A DNA stretch of 64,000 nucleotides from an uncultured Oscillospiraceae bacterium. GTDB lineage: Bacteria; Bacillota; Clostridia; Oscillospirales; Oscillospiraceae. This document shows, piece after piece, positions 54,331 through 63,262 of this stretch. A program made the translations under genes and the position numbers. Each line of letters opens with the position of its first letter. The first letter of the stretch is position 1. The stretch spans positions 1,607 to 65,606 of the forward strand of contig CAJUQD010000010.1 in NCBI GenBank assembly GCA_910588105.1. The letters run 5' to 3'. A model generated the notes under the pieces. It did no database searches and was not told where the DNA came from. It saw only the letters and a list, made by a program, of their open reading frames with translations.

Positions 54331-56100
54331 ATGCCTTTTGACGCTATCTTTATGACCGCCCTGGCCGGAGAACTGCGGGAAAAGCTCACCGGCGGCAAGG
54401 TGGACAAGCTCTACCAGCCCGCCCGGGACGAGGCGGTGCTCCACATGCGGGCCGGGCGGGACAACGTGCGGCTGCTGCTGTCCGCCAGCCCCGCCCACCC
54501 CAGGGCCCAGCTCACCCGCGTCCCCCGGGAAAACCCGGAGACGCCCCCCATGTTCTGTATGCTGCTGCGCAAGCACTTCACCGGCGCGCGGCTGCTGGAG
54601 CTCGCCCAGCCCTCCATGGAACGGCTGCTGGACTTCCGCTTTGAGACGCTGGACGAGCTGGGCGACCGGGTGGAGCGGCGGCTGGTGCTGGAGTGCATCG
54701 GGCGCAAGTCCAACCTCATCATGCTGGACGGCGCGGGGCGGATCACCGACTGCATGCGCCGGGCGGACGGGGATCTGTCCGCCCGGCGGCCCGTGATGCC
54801 GGGGCTGTTCTACGCCCCCCCCGAGCCCACCGGGCGGCTGGACCCCTCTGCCATGCCCCCCGATGAACTGCGCGCCTTCGTGCTGCAAAACGCTCCGGAG
54901 GGGGACGGCCAGGGCAGATGGCTGCTGGACACCTTCAACGGCCTGTCCCCCCTGGCCGCCCGGGAGCTGGCCTTTCAGGGGGAGGGCACCCGGGAGGGGC
55001 TGGCAAACCGCCTGGAGCTGCTGATGGACCGGGTGCGGGCGGGGGACTTCACCCCCATTGTCCTTGTCCGGGACGGCAAGCCCTTTGACTTCACCTTCAT
55101 GCCGGTGCTGCAATACGGCCCCTCGGTGGAGCTGCGCCGCTATCCCACCTTCTCCCAGCTGCTGGACGATTTCTACGAGCAGAAGGAGGCCCAGGAGCGG
55201 GTGAAGCAGCGGGGCCAGGACTTCATCCGCTCCGTCACCCAGGCCCGCAACCGCACGGCCAAAAAGATCGCCAACCAGGAGGGCGACCTGGCCAAAACCG
55301 CGGACCGGGAAAAGCTGCGCCAGTACGGCGACATCATCACCACCAACCTCCACGCCATGTCCAAGGGGCAGGCGGCGCTGCGGGCGCAGAACTACTACGA
55401 TCCCCTGGGGGGGGACGCGGACATCCCCCTGGACCCCTTGCTCACCCCCCAGCAAAATGCCGCCAGATACTACAAGGACTACAAAAAGGCCCAGAAGGCG
55501 GAGGAAATGCTCACCCTCCAGCTGGAGAAAAACCGGGCGGAGCTGTCCTATCTGGACAGCGTACTGCAAATGATTTCCCTGTCCGAGGGGGACCGGGACC
55601 TCCAGGAAATCCGCCAGGAGCTGATGGACAACGGCTACCTCAAGCAGCACAAAAAGAAAATGACCGCCAAGGGCAAGGTGAAAATCGTCCACGCCAAACC
55701 CATGGAGTTCCGCTCCAGCGTGGGGCTGGCCATTTTGGTGGGCAAGAACAACAGCCAGAACGACCGGCTCACCCTCAAGGACGCGGACAAGCGGGATCTG
55801 TGGCTCCACGCCCAAAAGCTCCACGGCTCCCATGTGATTTTGAAAACCGGCGGCGTAGAGCCGGACGAGGCGTCCCTCACCGAGGCGGCCATGCTGGCGG
55901 CCTGGTTCTCCCAGGGCCGGGATTCTGGCCAGGTGCCGGTGGACTACACCCCTGTCAAGGCGGTGAAAAAACCCGCCGGGGCCAAGCCGGGGTATGTCAT
56001 TTACAGCACCTGCCGCACGGTGTACGTTACCCCCAGCGAAGAGCTGGTGCGGCGGCTTCGGGACGGGAAAAAGGAAGGGGGCGCGGCGCGCTATGTGTGA
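54331..56100 (+). CDS. rqcH: NFACT/Rqc2-family ribosome quality control protein (FbpA-like)
   Basis: MPFDA, PPMFCMLLRKH, LTPQQNA.RYYK.YKK, VGKNNSQND.LT, GSHVI, KKP.GAKPG.VIY. Confidence 0.88.
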   Translation: MPFDAIFMTALAGELREKLTGGKVDKLYQPARDEAVLHMRAGRDNVRLLLSASPAHPRAQLTRVPRENPETPPMFCMLLRKHFTGARLLELAQPSMERLLDFRFETLDELGDRVERRLVLECIGRKSNLIMLDGAGRITDCMRRADGDLSARRPVMPGLFYAPPEPTGRLDPSAMPPDELRAFVLQNAPEGDGQGRWLLDTFNGLSPLAARELAFQGEGTREGLANRLELLMDRVRAGDFTPIVLVRDGKPFDFTFMPVLQYGPSVELRRYPTFSQLLDDFYEQKEAQERVKQRGQDFIRSVTQARNRTAKKIANQEGDLAKTADREKLRQYGDIITTNLHAMSKGQAALRAQNYYDPLGGDADIPLDPLLTPQQNAARYYKDYKKAQKAEEMLTLQLEKNRAELSYLDSVLQMISLSEGDRDLQEIRQELMDNGYLKQHKKKMTAKGKVKIVHAKPMEFRSSVGLAILVGKNNSQNDRLTLKDADKRDLWLHAQKLHGSHVILKTGGVEPDEASLTEAAMLAAWFSQGRDSGQVPVDYTPVKAVKKPAGAKPGYVIYSTCRTVYVTPSEELVRRLRDGKKEGGAARYV

Positions 56101-56548
56101 GTTGATGCCAAACCGGGACCTGCGCCAATGCGCCCGGCAGTCTATCGCCCTGCGCCTCCAGTCCCCCGCCCAGGCGTGGCCCCGCTTTGGCCGGGACCTG
56201 ACGCTGGTGGACGAGGACGGCCCGGACGGCTCGCTGCTCTTCGCCTGCCGCACCGACCCGTCCATGTCCAACCCCCTGGGCATCGTCCACGGCGGGATCA
56301 CCGCCGCCCTGCTGGACACCTGCATGGGGGTCACCTGCTCCGCTCAGTGCGGCCGGGCCGCCACCCCCACCGTCACCCTGACCGTCAACTATGTCCGCCC
56401 CGTCCCCCTGGACGCCCAGCTGCGGGTGCGCACCCGCACGGTGCGCATCGGCCGCTCCACCGGCCAGCTGTCCGCCGAGGTGTCCCCGGCGGGCCGCCCG
56501 GACGAGGTATTCGCCACCGCCACGGGGGTATACGCCATCCGGCGGTGA
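56093..56548 (+). CDS. PaaI-family thioesterase
   Basis: NPLGIVHGG..AALLD, TV.L.VNYVRP hotdog-fold motif. Confidence 0.85.
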   Translation: MCELMPNRDLRQCARQSIALRLQSPAQAWPRFGRDLTLVDEDGPDGSLLFACRTDPSMSNPLGIVHGGITAALLDTCMGVTCSAQCGRAATPTVTLTVNYVRPVPLDAQLRVRTRTVRIGRSTGQLSAEVSPAGRPDEVFATATGVYAIRR

Positions 56549-56566
56549 ATACAGCTTCTCAAGTAA

Positions 56567-56600
56567 AAAGGGCCGCCCCTCTGCAAAGGGGCGGCCTTTC
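56567..56600. terminator. terminator between convergent genes
   Basis: aaaagggccgcccct...aggggcggccttt. Confidence 0.75.
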
Positions 56601-56601
56601 C

Positions 56602-58539
56602 TCATCCCTGTTTCATCAGCAGCGTCCCGCTGCAGGGGGGCACCGTCACCCAGTTTCCGTGGGAGATGAGGGGCCGGTGCTGGTCGGCGTTCACGCCGTC
56701 CGCCCGGATTGTCCACCGCCCGGAGGGCAGCTGGATGGCGTAGTCGTGGCCGGTGGCGTTGTAGGCCACAAACAGCAGCTCCCCACAGGGGCCGCCCCCC
56801 TCCACCTGGAAGGACACAACCCCTTCCCGGTACACGTTGGGCTCCACAATGCGCCCGCCCGCCCCGGGGCCCTTGTCGCACAGCCCCGGCAGGGACTTGC
56901 GCAGCCGGATGAGCTGGCGGTAGTAGTCGGTCAGGCCGCCGAAGCTCCAGGCCCGGTGCCAGTCCAGCCGGTTGACCTCGGGGGAGGATTTGTAGCTGTT
57001 GTGGTCCCCCAGCTTGGTGCGGCCAAACTCCTCCCCCGCCTGGAGGAACAGGTTCCCCTGGCAGGTGAAGCACACAAAGGCGGCCAGCCTGTTCTGGGCC
57101 AGCAGGTCGTCCCGGGGCTCCTGGTAGCACACCGCCCCGCCCGGACCGGGGGAACACAGCGCCAGCTTATCCCAAAGGGTATAGTTATCGTGGGCGGACA
57201 CATAGTTGACCACCTGGGAGCAGGCCCGGGGCTTGAAGTCGCCCACGCCCCCCGTCCAGCCGGCGGCGGCGCACAGGATGGTCTCCCCCAGCCCCACTCC
57301 GCCGTTGACAAAGCCGGGCTGCTCACAGTGGAAGCAGTCGCCCTTGATGGCGTCCCGGGTGGTATCGCAGAACATGCCGATGCGGGGATCCAGCAGGGAG
57401 GCGCTGTCCTTCATGGGGGAAACGCTTCCCGGCTCCATAGGGGAATCCGCCGCCCGCCAGGGCTCGCCGTATACCAGCTTTTCCCCCTTGCCGAAGGCGG
57501 CGTCCAGCGCCCTCTGGATGCGGTTCATCAGCTCCACGGTCAAAAGGCCCATCAGGTCGAAGCGGAAGCCGTCGATATGGTATTCCTTCGCCCAGTACAG
57601 CACCGAGTGGACAATATAGTTGTCCGCCATGGCCCGCCCCGCCGCGATGTCGTTGCCGCAGCCGGAACCGTTGGACAGCGTCCCGTCCGGCCATCGGCGG
57701 TAGTAATACCCGGGCGCGGACCGCTCCAACCAGGAGTCGGCGGCATAGGTGTGGTTATACACCACGTCCATCACCACCCGCAGGCCGTTTTCATGGAGCG
57801 CCTGCACCATCTCCTTGCACTCCCGGATGCGCACCGCCCCATCGGCCGGATCGGTGGAATAGCTGCCCTCGGGCACGTTGTAGTTCATGGGGTCGTAGCC
57901 CCAGTTAAACTGGCTGCCGTCCCCCTCCTCGTCCACCGAGCCAAAATCGTAAATGGGCAAAAGCTGGACATGGGTGACCCCCAGCCCCTTCAAATGCTCC
58001 ATGCACAGGGGGAGGCGGCCCTTCCCGTCCCTCCAGGCGAAGGCCTTGAACCTGCCGCGGTACTCCTCCGGCACGCCGCTGTCCGGGTGGTGGGAGAAGT
58101 CCTTCACGTGGAGCTCATAGATGATGTTCTCCGGCGGGAGGGGGGGCGCCGCGTCCCGGCTGAAGCCCTCCGGGTCGGTGCGCGCCAGATCCACCGCCAT
58201 GCTCCGCTTCCCGTTGCGGCCGCAGGCGGCGGCGTAAGGGTCGGCGGTGAGGGCGGTATCCCCCTCCACCGTCACCTCGAAGTCATAGTAGACGCCGTGG
58301 AGATCCCCCTCCACCGCGCAGCTCCACACCCCCCGGTCCCCCAGCCCCAGCAGCCGGTGGTCAAACCAGGGCCCGGCAGTGTCGTGCCGGTATAAAAACA
58401 GCTCCACCCCGGAGGCCTCCGGGCTCCAGAGCTTGAATACCGTCCGGTCCGGGGTGCACACGGCCCCAAGATCGCAGCCCTCATAGGCGTACCGGCGGTC
58501 AAATTCCCTGTCAAAGCGCGTATGATTTCTCACACTCAT
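56602..58539 (-). CDS. pulA: type I pullulanase (GH13)
   Basis: IYELHV, FNWGYDP, DVVYNH, DGFRFDLM, YGEPW, YVSAHDN. Confidence 0.9.
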   Translation of the reverse strand: MSVRNHTRFDREFDRRYAYEGCDLGAVCTPDRTVFKLWSPEASGVELFLYRHDTAGPWFDHRLLGLGDRGVWSCAVEGDLHGVYYDFEVTVEGDTALTADPYAAACGRNGKRSMAVDLARTDPEGFSRDAAPPLPPENIIYELHVKDFSHHPDSGVPEEYRGRFKAFAWRDGKGRLPLCMEHLKGLGVTHVQLLPIYDFGSVDEEGDGSQFNWGYDPMNYNVPEGSYSTDPADGAVRIRECKEMVQALHENGLRVVMDVVYNHTYAADSWLERSAPGYYYRRWPDGTLSNGSGCGNDIAAGRAMADNYIVHSVLYWAKEYHIDGFRFDLMGLLTVELMNRIQRALDAAFGKGEKLVYGEPWRAADSPMEPGSVSPMKDSASLLDPRIGMFCDTTRDAIKGDCFHCEQPGFVNGGVGLGETILCAAAGWTGGVGDFKPRACSQVVNYVSAHDNYTLWDKLALCSPGPGGAVCYQEPRDDLLAQNRLAAFVCFTCQGNLFLQAGEEFGRTKLGDHNSYKSSPEVNRLDWHRAWSFGGLTDYYRQLIRLRKSLPGLCDKGPGAGGRIVEPNVYREGVVSFQVEGGGPCGELLFVAYNATGHDYAIQLPSGRWTIRADGVNADQHRPLISHGNWVTVPPCSGTLLMKQG

Positions 58540-58709
58540 TCCCCACAGCACTAAAATGGCTTGTCAAAACCATCCGGAAATCTTGCCCGGTTTTTCTACT
58601 ATATTCGTTTTCTCCCCTCCTGTCAACTAAAAAACGCTGGAATGCCATATTTTTCTAAGTTCCGTAAAATATTCCCGGCCTGACGGGTTCAGGCCGGGAA
58701 TCCTCTGTT

Positions 58710-59675
58710 TTATTGGTCCTCCTGATCTGGAAAATAATCCCGGAGGAAGGTGGACACCGCCGTCCAGTACAGCTCTGGGTCGGTGCCCACCGCCTGGGCG
58801 TGGCCCGCGCCGGGCGCCCACAAAAACGCCTTGGGGCACCGGGCCGCCTGGTAGAGCTTTCCCATCATGGAGGCGGGCACAAAGTCGTCCTCCACCCCAT
58901 GGACGAACAGGGTGGGAGTGCTGGAGCGGGCCACCGCCCGGATGGGGGCCGCGTCCCGCAGGTCAAACCCCGCCCGGCGCAGGGCAGTCTTGCGCAGCAC
59001 GGAAAACAGCAGTCCCGCCGGAAGGGGCACTTTGGTGGGCAGCACATCGTGGTAGCGGGCCAGCACATGGCGGGCTTCCGCCTCAATGGAGGTGTATGCG
59101 CAGTCGGACACGGCGGCCTTCACCTGCCGGGGCAGCGCCCCGCCGGTGGCCATAAGCACCGTGGCCGCCCCCATGGACACGCCGTGGAGGAGGATCTCCG
59201 CCTCTGGGTCCCGGCGGATGACATAGTGGCACCACCCCACCAGATCCAGCCGCTCGTCGTACCCCCAGCCCACGTAGTCCCCCTCGCTCCTGCCGTGGCC
59301 CCGCTGGTCGGGCAGCAGCACGTGCCAGCCCAGCTGGTTATAGTGCCTGGCGATGGCCCCCATGGATTCGTAGGTGTCGTGGTAGCCGTGGACGCAGATG
59401 GCCCAGCGGTGGCAGTCCGGCGCCCCCGGCGCCACCGTCCCCCACAGCAGCAGCCCGTCCGCCGCCTGTATCCCGGCCTCACGGAAGCCCTCCATATTCC
59501 TCGCCCACAGCCGGCCCTCGGCCTGCACCGGGTTGGGCTCCTCCGTCCAGGCCTCCCGGGCCCGGGGCACCATCATCTGCCCATACAGGTAATTGCCCAG
59601 CGCCGCCAGGCCCCCCGCCGCCCCGGCGCCCGCCGCGGCCAGGCCCAACAGGCCAAAGGTGGTTTTTTTCTTCAT
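58710..59675 (-). CDS. alpha/beta hydrolase with N-terminal anchor
   Basis: HGY, GHGRS, GVSMG nucleophile elbow, HG..D..VP, GAGH. Confidence 0.88.
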   Translation of the reverse strand: MKKKTTFGLLGLAAAGAGAAGGLAALGNYLYGQMMVPRAREAWTEEPNPVQAEGRLWARNMEGFREAGIQAADGLLLWGTVAPGAPDCHRWAICVHGYHDTYESMGAIARHYNQLGWHVLLPDQRGHGRSEGDYVGWGYDERLDLVGWCHYVIRRDPEAEILLHGVSMGAATVLMATGGALPRQVKAAVSDCAYTSIEAEARHVLARYHDVLPTKVPLPAGLLFSVLRKTALRRAGFDLRDAAPIRAVARSSTPTLFVHGVEDDFVPASMMGKLYQAARCPKAFLWAPGAGHAQAVGTDPELYWTAVSTFLRDYFPDQEDQ

Positions 59676-59861
59676 AGCGGCCTTCCCCCCAAAGACATTT
59701 TTTCCATCATACTCCCGGCGGAGCGGCCCGTCAACGGGAAAAGTGTAAAACCTTTGTAAACCCACCCCTCCGCCCGGCGGATGTGCAACGGCAGGGGGAT
59801 GGCCTGTCCGTTTTTCCGGCACGTTTGCAAAAAATCGCGAAAAAAATATCCGCCGCAACCC

Positions 59862-59917
59862 TTGACTTGGGGCGGAGGACATGGTATCTTAGAAAGCGGA
59901 CTAGAACAGCAGTTCTA
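59862..59917 (+). promoter_or_regulatory. sigma-A promoter with a Gram-positive LexA (SOS/Cheo) box
   Basis: TTGACT-17 nt-TATCTT with an extended TG, then TAGAAC-AGCA-GTTCTA at 59902-59917. Confidence 0.7.
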
Positions 59918-59954
59918 ATTGTGGAAGGGAGGTTCGAGATTATGACCTTGTCAC

Positions 59955-60105
59955 CCCGCGCAAACGCCCCGCCCACGCTCTTCCCAGGAGGGGCGCACCC
60001 ACGCCGCCCCCCAGGCTTTGTGGGGAGAGGCGGAGCAGGGAAGCATAGCAAAAGTCTCCCCCTCAAAAGAGCGGGAGACTTGAGCGGAGCGGACTTTGCT
60101 CCGAT
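59955..60105. repeat. family B repeat (reverse), downstream of tRNA-Tyr
   Basis: ggctttgtggggagagg...tgagcggagcggactttgc is the reverse complement of the family B core. Confidence 0.65.
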
Positions 60106-60106
60106 G

Positions 60107-60191
60107 TGGTGGAGGAGGATGGATTCGAACCATCGAAGGCAAAGCCAGCAGATTTACAGTCTGTCCCCTTTGGCCACTTGGGTACTCCTCC
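60107..60191 (-). tRNA. tRNA-Tyr(GTA)
   Basis: GGAGGAGTACCCAAGTGG...CTGTAAA...GGTTCGAATCC...TCCACCA; long variable arm; 85 nt. Confidence 0.97.
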
Positions 60192-60214
60192 GTATTCAGT
60201 TGGGCGGAAGAAGG

Positions 60215-60290
60215 TGGAGCTGGTGGACGGATTCGAACCCCCGACCTGCTGATTACAAATCAGCTGCTCTACCGGCTGAGCTACACCAGC
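60215..60290 (-). tRNA. tRNA-Thr(TGT)
   Basis: GCTGGTGTAGCTCAG...TTTGTAA...GGTTCGAATCC...AGCTCCA; 76 nt. Confidence 0.97.
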
Positions 60291-60321
60291 GCAGAAGTCT
60301 TCCGCATTCACAGCGGAGCTT

Positions 60322-60350
60322 ATTATAACAGCAGCAGACGGGCTTGTCAA
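60322..60350 (-). promoter_or_regulatory. consensus sigma-A promoter of the tRNA operon
   Basis: TTGACA-17 nt-TATAAT. Confidence 0.9.
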
Positions 60351-60384
60351 CCATTTTTCCAAAAGAATTCAAAAATTCAAAAAG

Positions 60385-60606
60385 GTGAGGAGATGGCCGC
60401 ACACGGCATATTGGAACCTTCCACCCCCGGGGGGGCTGCGGTGCTCCCTGTGCGCGGGGGAGCTTTACCCCGGCGACCTCTATTTCGAGCTGGACAGCCG
60501 GGCGGTATGCGAGGACTGCCTGGGGCGGTATGCCCGGCGGTATTTCGCCGGGCAGCTGCGCCGGGTGGGCCGGGAGCCGCGGCAGCAGCCGCAACACTGT
60601 TTTTAA
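60385..60606 (+). CDS. small Zn-ribbon protein
   Basis: CSLC-x19-CEDC; start uncertain. Confidence 0.55.
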   Translation: MRRWPHTAYWNLPPPGGLRCSLCAGELYPGDLYFELDSRAVCEDCLGRYARRYFAGQLRRVGREPRQQPQHCF

Positions 60607-60631
60607 GGCAAAGGAGTACAAGAGAGAACCT

Positions 60632-60889
60632 ATGACGTTATACGAACTATCCCTGGAATACGCACGTACGGCGGCGGACCTGCGCCGCCGGATCGTGGAG
60701 CTGGAGCACGCCGGACGGGAGACGGACAGCGAGGCGCGCCGCCTTCAGCTGGAGGGACGGGCCAGGCCCCTGCGCTCCATGTACCGGGACGTGCGGGCGG
60801 TGGCCCGCCACCTGGAGCACTATTACGAGAAGCACACGCCCCGGCAGGCCGGGACAGCCCCGGCAGCGCAGCACAAAAGGAGGGCTTGA
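60632..60889 (+). CDS. small helical hypothetical protein
   Basis: 85 aa, MTLYELSLEY...LEHYYEK; AAGGAG upstream; host-like codons. Confidence 0.65.
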   Translation: MTLYELSLEYARTAADLRRRIVELEHAGRETDSEARRLQLEGRARPLRSMYRDVRAVARHLEHYYEKHTPRQAGTAPAAQHKRRA

Positions 60890-60891
60890 CC

Positions 60892-61209
60892 ATGCGCACC
60901 GTTTCTTACGACAACACCTTCGGCATGGTGGACCTGGCGGTATACACCGAGCTGATGGCCCAGGACAACAAGGACCAGATCAACCGCCTCAAGCGCAACC
61001 TCACCCATGCCCTGCGCCAGGACGTCACCCAGAGGCAGCGGGAGTACATGATCCTCTACTATGGGCGCAACATGAGCATGGAGGCCATCGCCAAGCAGTG
61101 CGGGGTAAACAAGTCCACCGTGTCCCGCACCCTCAAGCGCGGGCGGCAGCGGCTTTACCGCTGTCTGCGCTATGGCGCGGCAAACCTGCTGGAGCAGGCT
61201 GAAAGTTAG
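60892..61209 (+). CDS. stand-alone sigma-70 region-4 HTH protein
   Basis: VTQRQREYMILYY...SMEAIAKQCGVNKSTVSRTLKRGRQRL; no region 2. Confidence 0.8.
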   Translation: MRTVSYDNTFGMVDLAVYTELMAQDNKDQINRLKRNLTHALRQDVTQRQREYMILYYGRNMSMEAIAKQCGVNKSTVSRTLKRGRQRLYRCLRYGAANLLEQAES

Positions 61210-61298
61210 ATATTCTCACAATTGAAAACCGGCCCGGCTTGTGATATGATGCTTGCGGTACTCCAGAACGGAAAAAATTCAATCAGCTGAGGTACATC

Positions 61299-61973
61299 AT
61301 GAGTTATCGCGGGGTATTTTTTGACTTTGATTACACACTGGGCGATTCCACCTCCGCCATCGCCGAGGGCTACCGTCTGGGCTTCCTGGAGCTGGGCCTG
61401 GACCCCCCCACCGTGGAGCAGGTGCGCCACACTGTGGGCCTCACCCTGGCCGACGGCTACTCCCTGCTCACCGGGGACCATGACCCGGAGCGGCAGGAGG
61501 CGTTCTACCGCAGCTTCCAGCACACCGTGGGCGTGAAGGCGGACGGCGAGGGGCGGCGGCTGATGATCGAAGGGACCACCCTCTTCCCCGGCGCGGAGGA
61601 GCTGCTGGGGGCGCTGAAAAACGCGGGGGTGCGCACCGCCATCGTCTCCACCAAGCCGGGTTCCACCATCCGGCGCATTTTCGAGCACCAGGGGCGGCTG
61701 GACCTGCTGGATCTGGTGGTGGGGGGCGACGAGGTAACCCATACCAAACCCCATCCCCAGGGGGTGCGGCTGGCCCTGGAAAAGCTGGGGCTGCGCTCGG
61801 AACAGGTGCTGTTCTGCGGCGACACGGTGATCGACGCCGCCACCGCCCAGGCGGGGGGGTGCCCGTTCTGCGCGGTGCTCAACGGGACGACGAAGGCCAA
61901 CGCCTTCGACCGCTTCCCCTGCGTACATATCGCCCCCAACCTGGACGAGCTGAAACGCTGGCTCAAGGTATGA
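61299..61973 (+). CDS. HAD-superfamily hydrolase (phosphoglycolate phosphatase-like)
   Basis: FDFDYTL, KPHP, GDT..D motifs. Confidence 0.88.
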   Translation: MSYRGVFFDFDYTLGDSTSAIAEGYRLGFLELGLDPPTVEQVRHTVGLTLADGYSLLTGDHDPERQEAFYRSFQHTVGVKADGEGRRLMIEGTTLFPGAEELLGALKNAGVRTAIVSTKPGSTIRRIFEHQGRLDLLDLVVGGDEVTHTKPHPQGVRLALEKLGLRSEQVLFCGDTVIDAATAQAGGCPFCAVLNGTTKANAFDRFPCVHIAPNLDELKRWLKV

Positions 61974-62010
61974 ACAACGCCCCCCGGCCGGCGCCGGGGG
62001 GCGTTTTCGT

Positions 62011-62688
62011 TCAGTTTGCGGGGGAGGGCTCCGACGAGGGGGCGGCGGAGACGTCCGCCAAGGGCTCGGAGGGGGCGCTGGCGCTGAAGGTCACGGTGAT
62101 GGCGTAGACATGCTCATACCCGTGCTTGGCGTACTCCCGGGGCATGTGGAAATAGCCCACCTCATAGGAGCGGATCTCATTTTTCGTGGTGGCAATCTGG
62201 ACCGCCAGGGGGATCTCCTGATCCAGCTCGATCTTGGCGCTCTCGGTAAGGGTGGAGGTGGCGAAGGTCATGGAGGCCGCATCGTCCCCCGCCGCCATCG
62301 TGACCTCGCTGGAAAAGATGCCGGCTGCGTCCTTACAGGCCATGCGCACCCCCTCGGTCATCTTGCCGAAGGTCAGCGCAACGCGGCCCGCGCCGCCGGC
62401 GGCCTCCAGGACGCCGTGTTCCGCGCAGTTCCATTCCCCGTCCGACAGCTCGTAGGCCCGCAGGTGGATGGACTTGGCCCCCTCCACCTGGAAATCGAAG
62501 ATGTGGTAGGATTCCATGCCCAGGGCCAACAGGTCGGCCAGGGCCTGCTCCTCCTCGCTGAGCTGGGCGGGGGCGATGGTCATGGCCCCGCCCTTATTTT
62601 TGTCTTTATCCCCGTTTGCGCCGCACCCCGCCAGGGACAGGGCCAGCGCCGCCGCCAGCAGCAGGGAGACACATCGTTTTGCCCACAT
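62011..62688 (-). CDS. lipoprotein, unknown function
   Basis: Signal peptide with lipobox LAGC. Confidence 0.75.
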   Translation of the reverse strand: MWAKRCVSLLLAAALALSLAGCGANGDKDKNKGGAMTIAPAQLSEEEQALADLLALGMESYHIFDFQVEGAKSIHLRAYELSDGEWNCAEHGVLEAAGGAGRVALTFGKMTEGVRMACKDAAGIFSSEVTMAAGDDAASMTFATSTLTESAKIELDQEIPLAVQIATTKNEIRSYEVGYFHMPREYAKHGYEHVYAITVTFSASAPSEPLADVSAAPSSEPSPAN

Positions 62689-62867
62689 AAGGAGCACCTC
62701 CAACTGAAAAAATCTGTCGAACTAAAGGATATTATAGCACAATTCCGCCCCCCTGTCCAGCGCCGCCGGGACCAGGAAAACTTTTCGTTGTCACCACCGG
62801 CGGTTTATGGTATCATGATGCTCAAATAACCGTCCGCCGTCCGGCGGCTTGCTTGGGAGGGAACACC

Positions 62868-63242
62868 GTGAACATCCACGAATCCGCGGAAAACTACCTG
62901 GAGGCCATCCTGGCCCTGGGGGAAAAGGGCCCCGTGCGCTCCATCGACGTGGCCCAGCACCTGGGCTTCTCCAAGCCCAGCGTCAGCCGGGCCATGAGCC
63001 TGCTGCGGGAGGGGGGCTTCGTGGTCATGGATGCAGGAGGCTTCCTCACCCTCACCAACGGAGGGCTGGAGATCGCAGTGCGCATCTATGAGCGGCACCT
63101 GCTGCTCACCCGCTGGCTCATCCACCTGGGCGTGCCGGAGGATGTGGCCGCGCGGGACGCCTGCCTGGTGGAACACGACCTGAGCGTGGAGTCCTTCGAC
63201 GCGCTGCGGGCGCACATCAACAGGGACATGGGGATTGAATAG
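62868..63242 (+). CDS. DtxR/MntR-family metal-dependent regulator
   Basis: ESAENYLEAI, SKPSVS, YERH, ACLVEH. Confidence 0.88.
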   Translation: MNIHESAENYLEAILALGEKGPVRSIDVAQHLGFSKPSVSRAMSLLREGGFVVMDAGGFLTLTNGGLEIAVRIYERHLLLTRWLIHLGVPEDVAARDACLVEHDLSVESFDALRAHINRDMGIE

Positions 63243-63262
63243 GGACAGCAGGACCGCCGCTT

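Noticed and set aside
59783..60328. 181-aa ORF
   Set aside because: It runs through a repeat and antisense across two tRNAs; not a credible protein, although its internal RBS/ATG is noted as a finding.
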